Positions 24,345-37,000 of a stretch of DNA of 64,000 nucleotides are shown in pieces. The notes beneath the pieces are model-generated. The model ran no database searches, was not told the DNA's origin, and was given only the letters and a program-made list of their open reading frames with translations. The stretch is from Azolla caroliniana. Taxonomy: Eukaryota; Plantae; Polypodiophyta. How positions within the stretch are numbered: the stretch's first letter is position 1; each line of letters begins with the position of its first letter. The position numbers and the translations under genes are program-made. The stretch lies in contig JBHGNT010000022.1 of NCBI GenBank assembly GCA_043228905.1, positions 3,348,001-3,412,000 of the forward strand. Reading direction: 5' to 3'.

Positions 24345-27341
24345 TTAATCTTCTTCCAAAATGGCTCGGATGTTTGGCTCTGCTACAGTGTCCGCATCCG
24401 GAGGCGACGTAGGGCCCGTAGGTGCATCGTGGTGTGGCTCCTGTGTTTGGTCGGAATGGTTTCTCCCGCTGTCGTAGGCGTCGTGTGGGGGCGGTCCGGG
24501 TTCGGTGGCCTCTTCTTGAGCTGGCGGGTTGGGCTCCGTCGTCGTCATGCTTGCGGTCAGCTGCGACTCTGTCTCAATCGTTACTTCCTCCGTGGTGTCA
24601 GCCGTCTTTGTACGTTCTGGGGAGTGGGGCTGCGATTCCGCCTGGCCCGCACTGTTCTCTGTGTGGTCCGACGATAGCGTGGGCTCCTGCGGATGGAGCT
24701 CCTCTTGGGCAGCGGTTTCGCTGTCTGGTACTGTGGGGGACTCCGTTCGTCGGTCCGCGCAGTTTACCATCATTGTAATTTCTGGTGATCTGGCCTGAGG
24801 TTCCTCTTCCTCGACCATGCCTGGAATTGGCGTCGCGCTGGATTCCTCATTTGTTCGCGTGTTGCTGGCTTGTGTGATCTAGTGAAATAGCTCCTCTTGG
24901 CTTTCACCAAAATCATCCAAGAGTTGCGCGAGCTCTTCGAAATTTTGGTCCGCTAGCGCATGATAGTCTTGTGCTAGGTCCTCGCGTATGGCCGCAATGC
25001 TCTCCTCATTTAGCTTATAGAAACCTCGGCCGTCTTTTTGCCGGTTCTCCCAGTCTGCACGATACGCGTGCAATTCCGCTGCTTGGGTTGCCCACTCCAT
25101 CCATCCTTTTTCCAACGCCGTTTTCAATTGTGCTGTGAACCTCTCCCGATTTGTTTGGAGAAGGATACACATGTTGTTTGTGATGGCTTGGCAACGGTTG
25201 TGTGCGTCCTCCATCGACTTCTGGAGGTTTGCAATTTCTTGCTACCTAACCGCCGCCGCTTCTTCGTATGTGGCCTTCAGGCCCGCCCATAGCTGGGATT
25301 CCTTTGCATGTTGTTCTTCTAATTTCCCCATTTCATTGTTTAGGTGGATTTCGAGCTGATGCCTTCTTTCCTGTTCGACCACCAGCTGCTCGTCGAACCA
25401 TACCTTCTTTTTCTCTAATAAGGCCCGGAGTCCCGCGATTGCCGCCTCCGATTTCTTCGCCTCATCCCATAATTGGGCATTTTCGTCTTTTGTCCATATG
25501 TGCTGAGTTACCTCCGTAGCAAGTTTCTCTTCAAGGGTTTTTACTGCCTTCCGGCCATTAGCCCGGATCTCCTTTCCTCTGTTTGAGGATTGGCGCAGTT
25601 CAGCTCGAAGGCGGTCAATTTCTGATTCCGCTAGTTGCACGACCCTTTTCGCTTTTGAGGCGATGGCGGTCTGAGCCTCAATTTCTTCCTTCAAAGTATT
25701 GATGGTGTGGTTTGGTGGCGGAGTTGCGTGTTGCGCCGTAGTCGCGTTAGCTTCCAACTCCGCGATGCGTTTGTTGGCTTTTTGCAGCTCGGCTTGGGTC
25801 ATTTTCACCTTCTTCCAGACATTCTTATTTTTAATGGCCATCTCCTTGGCGCCCGTGCTGACCTTTGCCAGTTCCCTATGGACTTCGACTAGGGCCGTGT
25901 TTAGTGGGGGTAGCTCCATCCCCACTCGGCGTACCCCGACGTTCCTCTGTCTACCGACCCTGGCTAGTCGATCCTCATCGTCGCTCTCCGCCATTTGTGT
26001 TAGGGCGCGCTCGATCATCTGGCGCTCCGTGTGCTCCTCGGCCATTCGTTGGGAGGCTTTTTTATGTTGTGTTGCCAGGAATTCCATGAGCTCAAAAGAG
26101 GTTCCGAACTGTAAGAGGGCGTTGAACTCATGGGCCGTATCCGGGATATTTGGATATGCCAAAACCTCGCTTTCCGCCGTCAATACGACTTTCCCTCGTT
26201 GGGACTGGGTCGTAATGATCGGTCGTGGCTCCCGGATGATTTCGAAGGTGGTATTGGGCTCTGTAGCTGCGGAGCCATCGCCTTCTGTTGTTGTCTCTGC
26301 CGCCGTGGGGACGTCTTTGACCAATCCCCACCCATCTTTCCTATCCAATCTACGCCGTTTCGGTCTGGGGCTATCCTGCTGTGTTTTGGTGTTTGGCTCT
26401 AGGGCTGCTTCCATAGAACGTGCCGACCATTCATCCTGCGTTGTCCGTGTGTCTGGTTGGGCGGGGGGTGTTGTCCGCGTGTCTGGTTGGGCAGGTTGGG
26501 GTTCCTCTTCCCACTCTAGGGCTGCTAACTCCGCTAACCTGCGCTTCGCGGATCAGGGCGGGGGCGTGGGTCGGCTGGGTTGCGATGCCTGCAGGCCTCG
26601 GGGTGGGAATAGTATCGTAAGGTACTGTTGTATGATCGACCTAAGCTTTTTTCCGGCCTGATACGCATGCAGGCCTTCCCTTAACGTTGGCCCTGTGATG
26701 ACCACCCAATCGACCGCACACCCTTCAAAGGTATCGATAATGATGCTCGCCTTCTGTTTGGGCATCCCATATGCATTGACATGTATGCAACCGACCTCTA
26801 ACAGGAACTTGGCAACTTCACGGAAGAAGGGATCTGGGATCTGCTTCGTTCTATAGGCCTTGGCGGAGGAGGAATAGGGCCTGAAATATCGTTGCAGCGC
26901 CTCTATAGGAGGGATTTCGAAATGCCTTTCGCCTAGAGATGACATATCCAACTTTTTCCAGATTGAAGAGTTGGTGACCGTGTCGATGTTAAGCTTCCTG
27001 GCGATGTTTCTAGCATCCGGGTGTGGGGGTGCCTCTGCGACCCGGATATACCCATCCAGGCGTTTCTCCACGAGCCATCGGCGTAAGGCAGTAGAGATGA
27101 AGATCGGCATCGCCAGAGTAGGTTCGTGGGAAGGTGACTGGTGGTTGCGGTGGGCTGGAGCTCTGTGATAGGATGGAGGAGAAGGTGAGGGGGAGGAGCG
27201 ATGGGAGCGTTGATAGTTAGAGGGTGGGTTTCTGTTTTGTGCAGAAGATCTTCTATTTCCTTCTTTTTGTGGCCTAGGGTTCATTGGGCGGTGAGCCATC
27301 GTGGTGCCGCGTGTTCTTGAACTAGGAGTTTGTGCATGCAT
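24345..27341 (-). pseudogene. Extra ORF region of Gypsy H downstream of integrase (basic N-terminus, globular part, long coiled coil, acidic Pro/Thr-rich tail); function unknown
   Basis: Consecutive sense ORFs of 262, 390, 111 and 157 aa. The 390 and 111 aa pieces are in frame across one TAG. Confidence 0.7.
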
Positions 27342-29280
27342 TTAGTCCTTTTAATAGTGTCCTTTTCGTAACGGTTATATATAGCTTATTTTTACATTAT
27401 GGTACAAGTGGGGCCGCCCATTTACGCTGCGGGTTCTCCGGCTTTGTCCTGTTTGGTGGTGAATGGGTTAGGTGGCGCAGAGCCCAGGTAAGGTTTAAGG
27501 CGAAACCTATTCACCTTTTGTTGTACTACTTCCCCAACCAGCGTACCTAGTTGGAACGTGCCTTGCTCTGTTCCAATTATCCAGTATGGGCCGGTCCAGC
27601 GGAATCGTAACTTCCCTAGCATATGGCCCATGCGGGTTTGGAAAACCAGCACCGCTCGACCGACGGAGAACTCCTTTTCCCTTGCGTTCCGATGTCGATC
27701 CACAAACGCTTTACGCAGTCGTTGTTCCTGCTCCAACACAGCCATGCTGTGTACGCATTGTTCCCCGAGTTCGAGTAGCTGGTGGAGCCGTACCTCCTCC
27801 GACTTGGCTTCCGAAAGTCGGTCCTGTACCTGAATCCGCAAACTGGGTACCTGAAATTCGACCGGCATCACAGCCTCCAGCCCAAACGCTAGTCGAAACG
27901 GTGTTGATTGTATGCTTGTTTTGTAGCTAGTTTTGTACACCCATAACGCACTCTGTAATTTTGTATCCCAATCTGTTCTATTTTCATTGACGATTTTCTT
28001 CAAGATGGTCTGCAACGTCTTGTTGGTGGATTCCGCTAACCCATTCACCTGTGGATAATATGGCGTACTCTTCTTATGGACTACGGCGTAATGATGTGTT
28101 AGTTCCCGAACCACCGTATTGAGAAATTGACTCCCCTGGTCACTGATGAGCTCAATCGGGCAGCCGAACCGGCACCAGATGTGCTCGTAAAGGAATCTAG
28201 TTGTGACGGCCGCCGTATTTTCTCGTAGTGCATTTGCTTCTACCCACTTGGTGCAATAATCTATAGCTACCAATATGTATTTATTGCTCATACGGGCTGC
28301 CGCCGGTGTGAAGGGCCCCACAAAATCCAATCCCCATTTTTGGAAGGGGTCTAGCGGTAATACGGGCTGGTGTGGCATCCTTGCGCCCTCCGTGGGTTGG
28401 CCCATCCGTTGACACAAATCACACTTTCTACAATACTCGAATGCGTCCTTCTGCGTTGTTGGCCACCATAAGCCCGCCTGCCATATTTTCCAGGCTGTAA
28501 CGTCGTCGGCGTAATGGCCGCCTGCCGTGCCGCAGTGCGCCTCCCGTTGTCGTAGTGTATTTTGTACACTACGTGAAAAACGTATATAGTATTAGATTCA
28601 ATAAAAAATGAAGAAATAGAAGAAAATAGCAAAATAAATGGAACATGCATAGGGCAAGATTCGAACCTTGCACCTCCATGTTAATAATGTAATGTCTTAC
28701 CATTACACTAGCATTTCATTAGTGTTAAAGCATAGATGTCCCACATAGAAAGGTAAATTCACGCTAGGATAAACATTAGAAAAACGCATAACAAAAGAAA
28801 AAGCTACACATACACATCTAGCGTGCATGATAAAAAACGCACAAGTTAGAAAAAAGCATGATCACTTTAGATAAAGCATATAGTCTATCTATAGGAAAAG
28901 CATGGGGTCTATAGTTAGAGAAAAAGCATGGATTACTAAGACTTCCTCATCACTACATAAGGATGGGGAGCACAATGTAATTGTGTGTGAAAAATATTTG
29001 GAAACTAGATATGTTTCTAAAAAACACCAATTAATAAACTATACTCGTGGGATTCACGAGAATTCTATATCATTCTCTTTCAACCGAAGTTTATATTCTT
29101 ATATTCATATTGATTAATCTAATACAATACACTCGTGGGATTCACGAGTTTGCTATAACTCTTTCTTACAACATATTTATATTCTTATTAGCCTTAAAAC
29201 TCTCTTCTTCCTAGTCCAAAACCCCAGTGGTTCCCACCCGACTCACGCAAACGATCCGGAGCCGAAAGGCACGACACAGT

Positions 29281-29298
29281 TGGTGAACCCGACGTGAA
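29281..29298 (+). promoter_or_regulatory. Primer binding site complementary to tRNA-Trp 3' end
   Basis: TGGTGAACCCGACGTGAA is the reverse complement of ...TTCACGTCGGGTTCACCA, the plant cytosolic tRNA-Trp 3' end as I recall it. Identical in E1. Confidence 0.85.
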
Positions 29299-31330
29299 GA
29301 CGGGTGGCAAGGAGATGGAGGCTCAACAAGCTAACAATATGATGGCGATGTTCGAACGGATGCTTCAAGAACAACGCACGATGTCGGAGATTTTGGCATC
29401 AGTAGAGCGGCTCGTGCAACGCAATGGGCAATTTAATGGTAAGGATGTGTCGCGATATTTGCAGGACTACAAGGCGGAGATGCTCCGGTGCCGGGCTTCG
29501 GAAGGACTGCAAGTGACATCCTTTAACCGGGTGACGACCGACGGGCTTCAAGGGAAAATCCACAAGATACAACAACAAAACTCGACATGGGAGTCCTTTG
29601 AAGAAGCTTTACGGGAGGCATATGACTATGAGAGATGGACGGGACGAGATCGACGAGAATTCGACGAATGGGTGGCGTCGGAGAAGACTCACCGAAGTGC
29701 AACGCAAGCGTTCCTAGAGTTCGAGCATCGTTTTGCTCGACTCTCGGAGCGGGAACGAAGATTGGTGGGAGAAGATAAAGTCTTAATGTTCGTAAGATCG
29801 ATCGATCGGAAAGAAAGGATGGACATTGGGATCGAACTCGAAGATGATGACGGTGCGAACGGCCTTACCGAGGATTGGGCTAAAGTCGAAAGGGTATGCC
29901 GAAGACATGATGAAAGGAAGCTGAGAATCTCGTCAACAACGACATGGCCCATGAAGGATGGTCGATTGAGGAAAAACGATGAAGCCAATATGAAGGCCGA
30001 AATACAACATGATGGTACCACGGGAGAAAGAGTGGAACAAGACACCCACTCGTCTTGTGAAAGAACGATGGCGAAGGATAAGGCCGATAATTCAAGTGTA
30101 GAAGGAAATTTCGGGATACAAGTGCCTGAGACATCGGGTCAAAAAGGGGTAAGCATAATAGATGTTTGCATAATTGATGCAGATAAAGAGTGTGAAGCGG
30201 ATGTGATTAAGGAGGTAGCCACAAAAGACGAAATCGAATTGGAGGTGGCTATGGACGAATCAATGGCGGATTGCCATATCGAGACTTCCCCACCACTGAT
30301 TCCAGAGACTCCGGCGGTTGCGATCGAAAGGCAACGTGAGACCGAAGAGACGGAAGGTGGCGGAGAGAAAACGAATGTCGAAGCCGACGAATACGATGAA
30401 GAGATAGCCGAGAAGAATGCTAAGGGTGAAACTACGAAAGAAGGTAATACCGAGGATTCATGCCAACAATATCTAGAGACTTCGGCGGTTGTGTCCGAGA
30501 ACCAACGTGAGACCGGAGAGACGGGAGATGGCGGCGAGGAAGGTAAAGTCGGAAGTCGGTTCGGATGGAAAATGATCCATCCGAAATTCCAATCTAAAAG
30601 AAAGTGCGACAATGCGGAGGTCGGGTCTACGACGGGAGAAGCGCGTAATACAGAGCACGCTCTACGGCGAATAAAGAAACGCGTGTTATGGCGAATAAAG
30701 AAGCACGCGCTACGGCGAGAAAAGAAGCATGCATTACAACCACACGAGGACCGAACAACGAGCACATATCGGAGGACCTACGTAGCGAACAACGGAAAGA
30801 AGTGCCGAAAGTCGAACCGGACAAGGCAGGTGAAAACGAAGAAAAGAAAGCAAATCCGGACGAAAAGAAAAGAAAAGAAACCGATCCGAAAGAGCACTGA
30901 ATCGGTAAAAACCGATCAACCGAGTCCGGATCGACCGAATACAAATCGGAAAGGAAGCCGAACTAAACGAAAGACGATCCGACGAGACCGAATCGGAAGT
31001 AAGCTAATCCGACTAAACCGAAAATCCGAAAAGAAGTCGAGATTGATGAAGAAAAGAAAGAGGGCAAGAAAAGATACTACCGCGGATGACAAGGATCAAG
31101 CGGACCATGCAAAAAGCGAACGAAGACTATGGTGGATCGGATGTCGACAATGGTTCGGGTGGAAAGAATGGATGTGCTCCAAATGGAGAGACAAAGTCAA
31201 CATAACAAGAGAAGTCGAGGGTACTACGAGCCGGCAACGAAACCAATCGGGTAGAGACCGGACGGAGGAGACTAACAAACACCAACAACTTCGGCACATA
31301 CCGGAGGATGTGCGGGTTTGGAGGGGGTGA
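29294..31330 (+). CDS. E2 single ORF (~670 aa, first ATG ~29315): retrotransposon Gag-like N-terminus plus acidic repeat and Lys/Arg-rich tail
   Basis: An uninterrupted ORF fills the whole region from PBS to PPT, with Gag-like FNGKDVSRYL...WESFEEAL. No PR/RT/INT motifs. Confidence 0.85.
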   Translation: MKTGGKEMEAQQANNMMAMFERMLQEQRTMSEILASVERLVQRNGQFNGKDVSRYLQDYKAEMLRCRASEGLQVTSFNRVTTDGLQGKIHKIQQQNSTWESFEEALREAYDYERWTGRDRREFDEWVASEKTHRSATQAFLEFEHRFARLSERERRLVGEDKVLMFVRSIDRKERMDIGIELEDDDGANGLTEDWAKVERVCRRHDERKLRISSTTTWPMKDGRLRKNDEANMKAEIQHDGTTGERVEQDTHSSCERTMAKDKADNSSVEGNFGIQVPETSGQKGVSIIDVCIIDADKECEADVIKEVATKDEIELEVAMDESMADCHIETSPPLIPETPAVAIERQRETEETEGGGEKTNVEADEYDEEIAEKNAKGETTKEGNTEDSCQQYLETSAVVSENQRETGETGDGGEEGKVGSRFGWKMIHPKFQSKRKCDNAEVGSTTGEARNTEHALRRIKKRVLWRIKKHALRREKKHALQPHEDRTTSTYRRTYVANNGKKCRKSNRTRQVKTKKRKQIRTKRKEKKPIRKSTESVKTDQPSPDRPNTNRKGSRTKRKTIRRDRIGSKLIRLNRKSEKKSRLMKKRKRARKDTTADDKDQADHAKSERRLWWIGCRQWFGWKEWMCSKWRDKVNITREVEGTTSRQRNQSGRDRTEETNKHQQLRHIPEDVRVWRG

Positions 31331-34038
31331 GTGTCGTAGTGTATTTTGTACACTACGTGAAAAACGTATATAGTATTAGATTCAATAAAAAATGAAGAAA
31401 TAGAAGAAAATAGCAAAATAAATGGAACATGCATAGGGCAAGATTCGAACCTTGCACCTCCATGTTAATAATGTAATGTCTTACCATTACACTAGCATTT
31501 CATTAGTGTTAAAGCATAGATGTCCCACATAGAAAGGTAAATTCACGCTAGGATAAACATTAGAAAAACGCATAACAAAAGAAAAAGCTACACATACACA
31601 TCTAGCGTGCATGATAAAAAACGCACAAGTTAGAAAAAAGCATGATCACTTTAGATAAAACATATAGTCTATCTATAGGAAAAGCATGGGGTCTATAGTT
31701 AGAGAAAAAGCATGGATTACTAAGACTTCCTCATCACTACATAAGGATGGGGAGCACAATGTAATTGTGTGTGAAAAATATTTGGAAACTAGATATGTTT
31801 CTAAAAAACACCAATTAATAAACTATACTCGTGGGATTCACGAGAATTCTATATCATTCTCTTTCAACCGAAGTTTATATTCTTATATTCATATTGATTA
31901 ATCTAATACAATACACTCGTGGGATTCACGAGTTTGCTATAACTCTTTCTTACAACATATTTATATTCTTATTAGCCTTAAAACTCTCTTCTTCCTAGTC
32001 CAAAACCCCAGTGGTTCCCACCCGACTCACGCAAACGATCCGGAGCCGAAAGGCACGACACCGTAAAACTGCTTCTTTCTTATCCTGACGTACCCCACGT
32101 CGCCAAATGTCGTCACTTCCTTTGTGATATAAAACTCCTTCTACGAGGCAGAAGTGACGGCATCAGACGGCTAGTTGTTTCTTCTCATCCGTGCGTAATT
32201 GCGGTGGAGGCAATCCCGTAGTAAAAAAGTATGTCATTTCCATAAGCCACCGGTTTGGAAAGGTCGATTCCGTTCTTTCTGCTAGTGCTGCTACACGCAG
32301 GATGTCGGTGTCCGGAAAATCGTCGTCATCTTCTTGTACTGTTTCTCCATTCTCGAGTTTGCTCAAAAAATCTGCCACTGCGTGTTGCGTCCCTGGTCGG
32401 TGCTGGATTACGAAATCGAATTCTTGAAGTAGCAGCATCCATCGCGCCAATTTCCCCGTTAGGGCTTGTTTCTCCACCAAATACAGTAGCGCCGAATGAT
32501 CCACGTGGAACGTGAACTTCCTCCCTAGTAAATAGTGCCGGAATTTATTGATGTTATAGATCATCCCTAGCGCCTCCCGCTCCGTTGTGGAAGAATTACA
32601 CTTTGTTGTTGATAATTTGCAACTAGCGTAGTACACTGGCCGGTACCAGTTTGGTTCGGTGAGCTGCATTAGCGCACTCCCTATTGCTATGTCTGAGGCG
32701 TCGACGAATACGTGGAATGGCTTCGCCCAAATTGGTGGTTGTACGACGGGAGCCTGTGTGAGCATTATCTTAAGTGCCTCATAGGCCTTGTCCTCCGTTG
32801 TGGTCCATTGAAGGGAGTCCGATGTACGGCAGCATGTAACGGCGTGGCGAAGTCTGCCAAATATCGTATCATCCGAGTATGCCACCGTATTTGTCCTAAA
32901 AACCGGCCAAGTGATTTCGTGTTTGTCGGGTTTTGGCTTGTGTAATCGCGGAGATCTTGTTCAGATTGACCGCTATTCCCTCCTTGCTAACTATGTGGCC
33001 CAGGAGAGTCCCGCTGGTCACGCCGAAAGCACATTTCGCGGGATTCAGGCTTAAGCGTGTGGTGCGGCAACGTTCCAGGCACAGTTGCAGGTGCGTAAAA
33101 TGGTCTATTGTTCTCCCATATACCGCAAAGTCGTCTAAAAAAACTTGCATGAACGCTGGAATGTATTCCCCAAAGATCTCCGTAATTGTCTGTTGAAATG
33201 TTGCCGGCACCATCTTTAGCCCGAACATCATGACGACTACCACATAGACTCCTTAGTCCGTGACAAATGCCGTCTTTTCTTGGTCCTCGGGATGCATGCG
33301 TACCTGGTTATACCCACTGAAGCCATCTAAAAAATTGTACATCTCATGTCCTGCGACGGCGTCCAGTACACTATCGGTGAAGGGTAAAGGGAATGCGTTT
33401 GTAATGGTTATGGCGTTTAATTTTCGGTAATCCACGCATACCCGTATTTTGCCGTTTTTCTTTGGAACGACCACTATCGGGCTTCACCATGTGGCATGAA
33501 CCCCGCCTTCAGGAGTTTGTCAATTTCTTCTTTTACGCGGGTCGCGTAGTTCAGGTTCATGCGGTAACGGCGCTGCTGGACGAGTTTTGCGTCGGTTGCT
33601 AAATTGATCTTATGCTGATAGAACTTGGGATCTAACCCCTTCATGTCCTCGTGAGCCCAAGCGAACACATCTTTATATTTCGTGAGTAGTGCGATCATCG
33701 TTTTTTTCTGGTCCGGCCTTAATTCCTTTGCGATGGAGAGGAAACGGGGTTCCGACTCCGTACCCACATTTACTTCTTCCTGGGCGGAAGCGGTGACTCG
33801 TCATGAAATCTCCATTTCCCTTTCGAATGCCGCCCGTGCTCTGCTGAGTTCCAATATGGACTCTGGGTTTGGTTGGTAAACCTCGTTGTGGAGAATAGTG
33901 GCCATGGCATATCCTACCGCGGTTGCGATGACGTCGATTTCGAACAGTGGAATGATCCGTGGGTGCTCATCTAGGTATGCCTCTAATTCTACATCCTCCA
34001 CCCCAGCCACCATATTTATATCTTCTACGTATAATGGT

Positions 34039-37000
34039 TGTTGAGCGGCAAGCTCAACCGGAGCCGGATCGACTGAATAAGCCGGAGCCGGTAAGCGAGA
34101 CGGATCGGGCGAAACAGATCGGTATGACGGTGAACAACCGAACCGGCAAGCAGTGGAGGCCGGGTGCAATCCATAACCGGCAGTCCAATCGGAAGCCTAG
34201 TATAGGAGAGACTACTAGGTAGCTATAGTCTCGTAGTAAGTGTCAGATGCTCGTGTGAGCATTGAAGTACATGGTACTTCTGTCAGTCCCAAGAGGACTT
34301 GTATAAATAGTGCTACTTAGCACAGTGTGTAGTGTGTGAGTCTTGATATAATTTTGAAAGTGTGTTCTGCTCTCTCTCTCTCTCTCTCTCTCTATGTTGT
34401 TCTCTGTTTTACGCTTCCGCAAACACTTACGTTTTCATGGTATCAGAGCGCGAGGGTTGAGAACCTCTGCTGCAGACATTTACTCTTGAGAAGAAAACCC
34501 TAACAGGTCGAAAACAGACACAATAGAAGACATGGACAGAGGCATGGCTACGTCGCTCCCGGTGGAGAAGCTCGACAGGAGCAACTACGCATCCTGGTCT
34601 TACAAGATGCACAAGTACCTGCTTGGACACGGGTACTAGAGTTATGTCGAAGGAGCGAATGATGCGGCGCCCGACTCGGCACACAAGGACTTCCCGGTAT
34701 GGGAACAGGCGGCAAGCAGGGTGATGTACTGCTTCGCGTCAAGTGTCGGCGATCAGCTGCTCAGCCACATCCGTGACGCCAAGACACCGAAGGATGCTTG
34801 GGGGAACCTGAAAAAGGTTTTCGCCGCAAGCACCACTGCCCGGAAGCTGCAACTCAGACAGGAGTTGAGCAATGTTCGACAGAAGAACATGTCCGTGGCA
34901 GACTACACGGGCCGGATAAAGGAGATCTGCGACTCGCTCGCCTCTATCAACGTTACCGTAGAGGAAGACGAGATGGTGCAGGTATGTCTTGGAGGCCTGG
35001 TGTCCAAGTTCGGAGCGTTTCGGACTGCGGTGTGTACAAGGGAGAATACGCCCTCATTCTTCGACTTACAGTCGATGCTCCTTATAGAGGAGAACCACGT
35101 CGGTGCATCTACCAGTGCTACCCGGACAGCCGTATGCTGTACACGGGAACGGATCGGCTCCGTGGGCGTGGTGGAAGAGGTGGGTCGGCACGCAATGGAG
35201 GCGGCCGGCAAGAGCAGGAACGGAGGCACTATGAGCTTGCCGATAGCAGTTCCGGGACTTCCACAAGTAGGGGGAGTCAAGGCGGTGCCGGAGGCCGGCA
35301 AGACAAATCCGCTACGGGATGTTGGTACTGTGGCAAAAAAGGCCACAGGGAAAGCGAGTGCTGGAGAAAGCGTGCCGATTCAGCCGATTCAGACAAATCC
35401 GGATCTGGCAAGACCGGTAAGGATGGCCGACAAAACTCGCACTACGCAAACGGATCAGGAGGATTCGGAACCGGAAAGGCCGGTAAGGGGCCAACCTTGG
35501 TGATGAATCACAAGGCAAACTCAATGAAGAAGACCACTTCCAAAACGGAGGAAGTGTGGTATGTTGATTCCGGCGCGTCGAACCACATGACGAGCCACAA
35601 AGAGTGATTCTCCTTTCTGGAGAAACCGGATCAACCAGGAGTAGTCGAAACCGGAGACGACACTCCTCACCCAATCGTGCACGTCGGAGAAATCCCTCTA
35701 AGCCACGTCAGACAGAAAGGGAAGCTGATGAACGTATTACACGTTCCGACAATCACGAAGAACCTGGTGTCCGTCGGTCAGATTGTCGACCAAGGGATGC
35801 AGGTGCGGTTTACGCACCTCGGGTGCTTCATTGAGGATGAGGGGGAAGTCATTGCGCAAGGGCGTAGAGACGGGAGGATGTTTATCCTCAACACCAATGA
35901 CCTTGGCACCGCTCTGTTCGCGAATCGACAGAAGGTCGAGTCGGACATCGACCTGTGGCACAAGCGGATAGGCCACGTCAACTACCGGAGGCTTCAAGAC
36001 CTGCAAACGAAACAAGTTGTTTTCGGTTTGCTGAAGTTCAGCGGCCGGAGAGCCGAAATTTGTGAAGCCTGCCAACTTGGGAAGCAACATCGGCTTCCAT
36101 TCCCCACCGAACGGAACCGGAGCCGTAACAAGCTCGATCTCATCCATTCGGATGTGTGGGGACCGGCACAAAGTGTAAGCCTTGGCGGGAGTCGATACTT
36201 CGTCTCCTTCATTGACGACTATACTCGGCATACTTGGATCTACCTCATTGAGCGGAAGAGCGAAGTCTTCGACTGTTTCCGGAGCCTCCAGAAGATGGTG
36301 GAACGGGAATCGGAGAGGAAGATCAAATGCCTTCGGTCGGATGGCGGAAAGGAATATTTTTCCGGCCAATTCACTAGTTATCTGCAACAAAAGGGAATTC
36401 GGCGAGAGTTCAGCTGCAGATACACACCGGAGCAAAACGGTGTGGCCGAAAGGAAGAACCGGACACTCGTCGAAGCGGCAAGGGCAATGCTGGAGGAGAA
36501 GAGCATGCCCCGGTTCTACTGGACGGAGGCGGTCCGGACGGCTGTCTACATACAAAACCACATTGGTGACAAGGTGTCGGCTCATGAGCTGTATTTCGGG
36601 CGCAAGCCGAACTTAAGACACCTTCGGATATTCGGATAGCGTATGTGCATGTGCCAGATCAGAAGCGGACAAAGCTGGATGCAAAATCGGAAAAATGCAT
36701 CCTAGTCGGCTATGCTCAAGAGCAAAAGGGGTATAAGTGTTATAACCCCCGGACGAAGGAAGTCCGAGTTAGCCGAGATGTCGAGTTCGATGAATCGGCA
36801 TCGTGGTACTCCGTACCGACTCCGACTTCCGATCCCGACCCAATGCCGGAAGATCAGGCCAGTGAGCCTGAATCAGCCCTAGCAGAGGATGACGAAGCCG
36901 GGACTCAAGATGAGAGTCCGGAATCGTTACGGTTAAGTGGACCGAACGAGCGACTGAGTCGGTTGGACCAGTCGGATGATGAGACGGCAAGTGGTGGAGA

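Larger units (their letters stand above)
28548..32060 (+). mobile_element. E2: intact, young non-autonomous Gag-only LTR element (3513 bp)
   Basis: 729-bp LTRs 28548-29276 and 31332-32060 (I saw one mismatch), PBS 29281-29298, PPT GGAGGGGGTGAG before 31332, 4-bp TSD CCGT (28544-28547 / 32061-32064). Confidence 0.96.
27422..34033 (-). pseudogene. Gypsy H RT, RNase H and integrase, interrupted by E2
   Basis: Reads RVCVDYRKLN, FLDGFSGYNQ, QVFLDDF, FVDASD, EREALG, KWGLDFVGP, ISDQGSQF and RWTGPY. Confidence 0.92.

Noticed and set aside
28648-28720. Functional tRNA gene
   Set aside because: A and B boxes are present but I cannot form acceptor and anticodon stems; reported as a promoter-like relic instead.
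28902-29117. Identical 71-aa ORFs at 28902 and 31686
   Set aside because: They are the two copies of the E2 LTR, with no sign of coding function.
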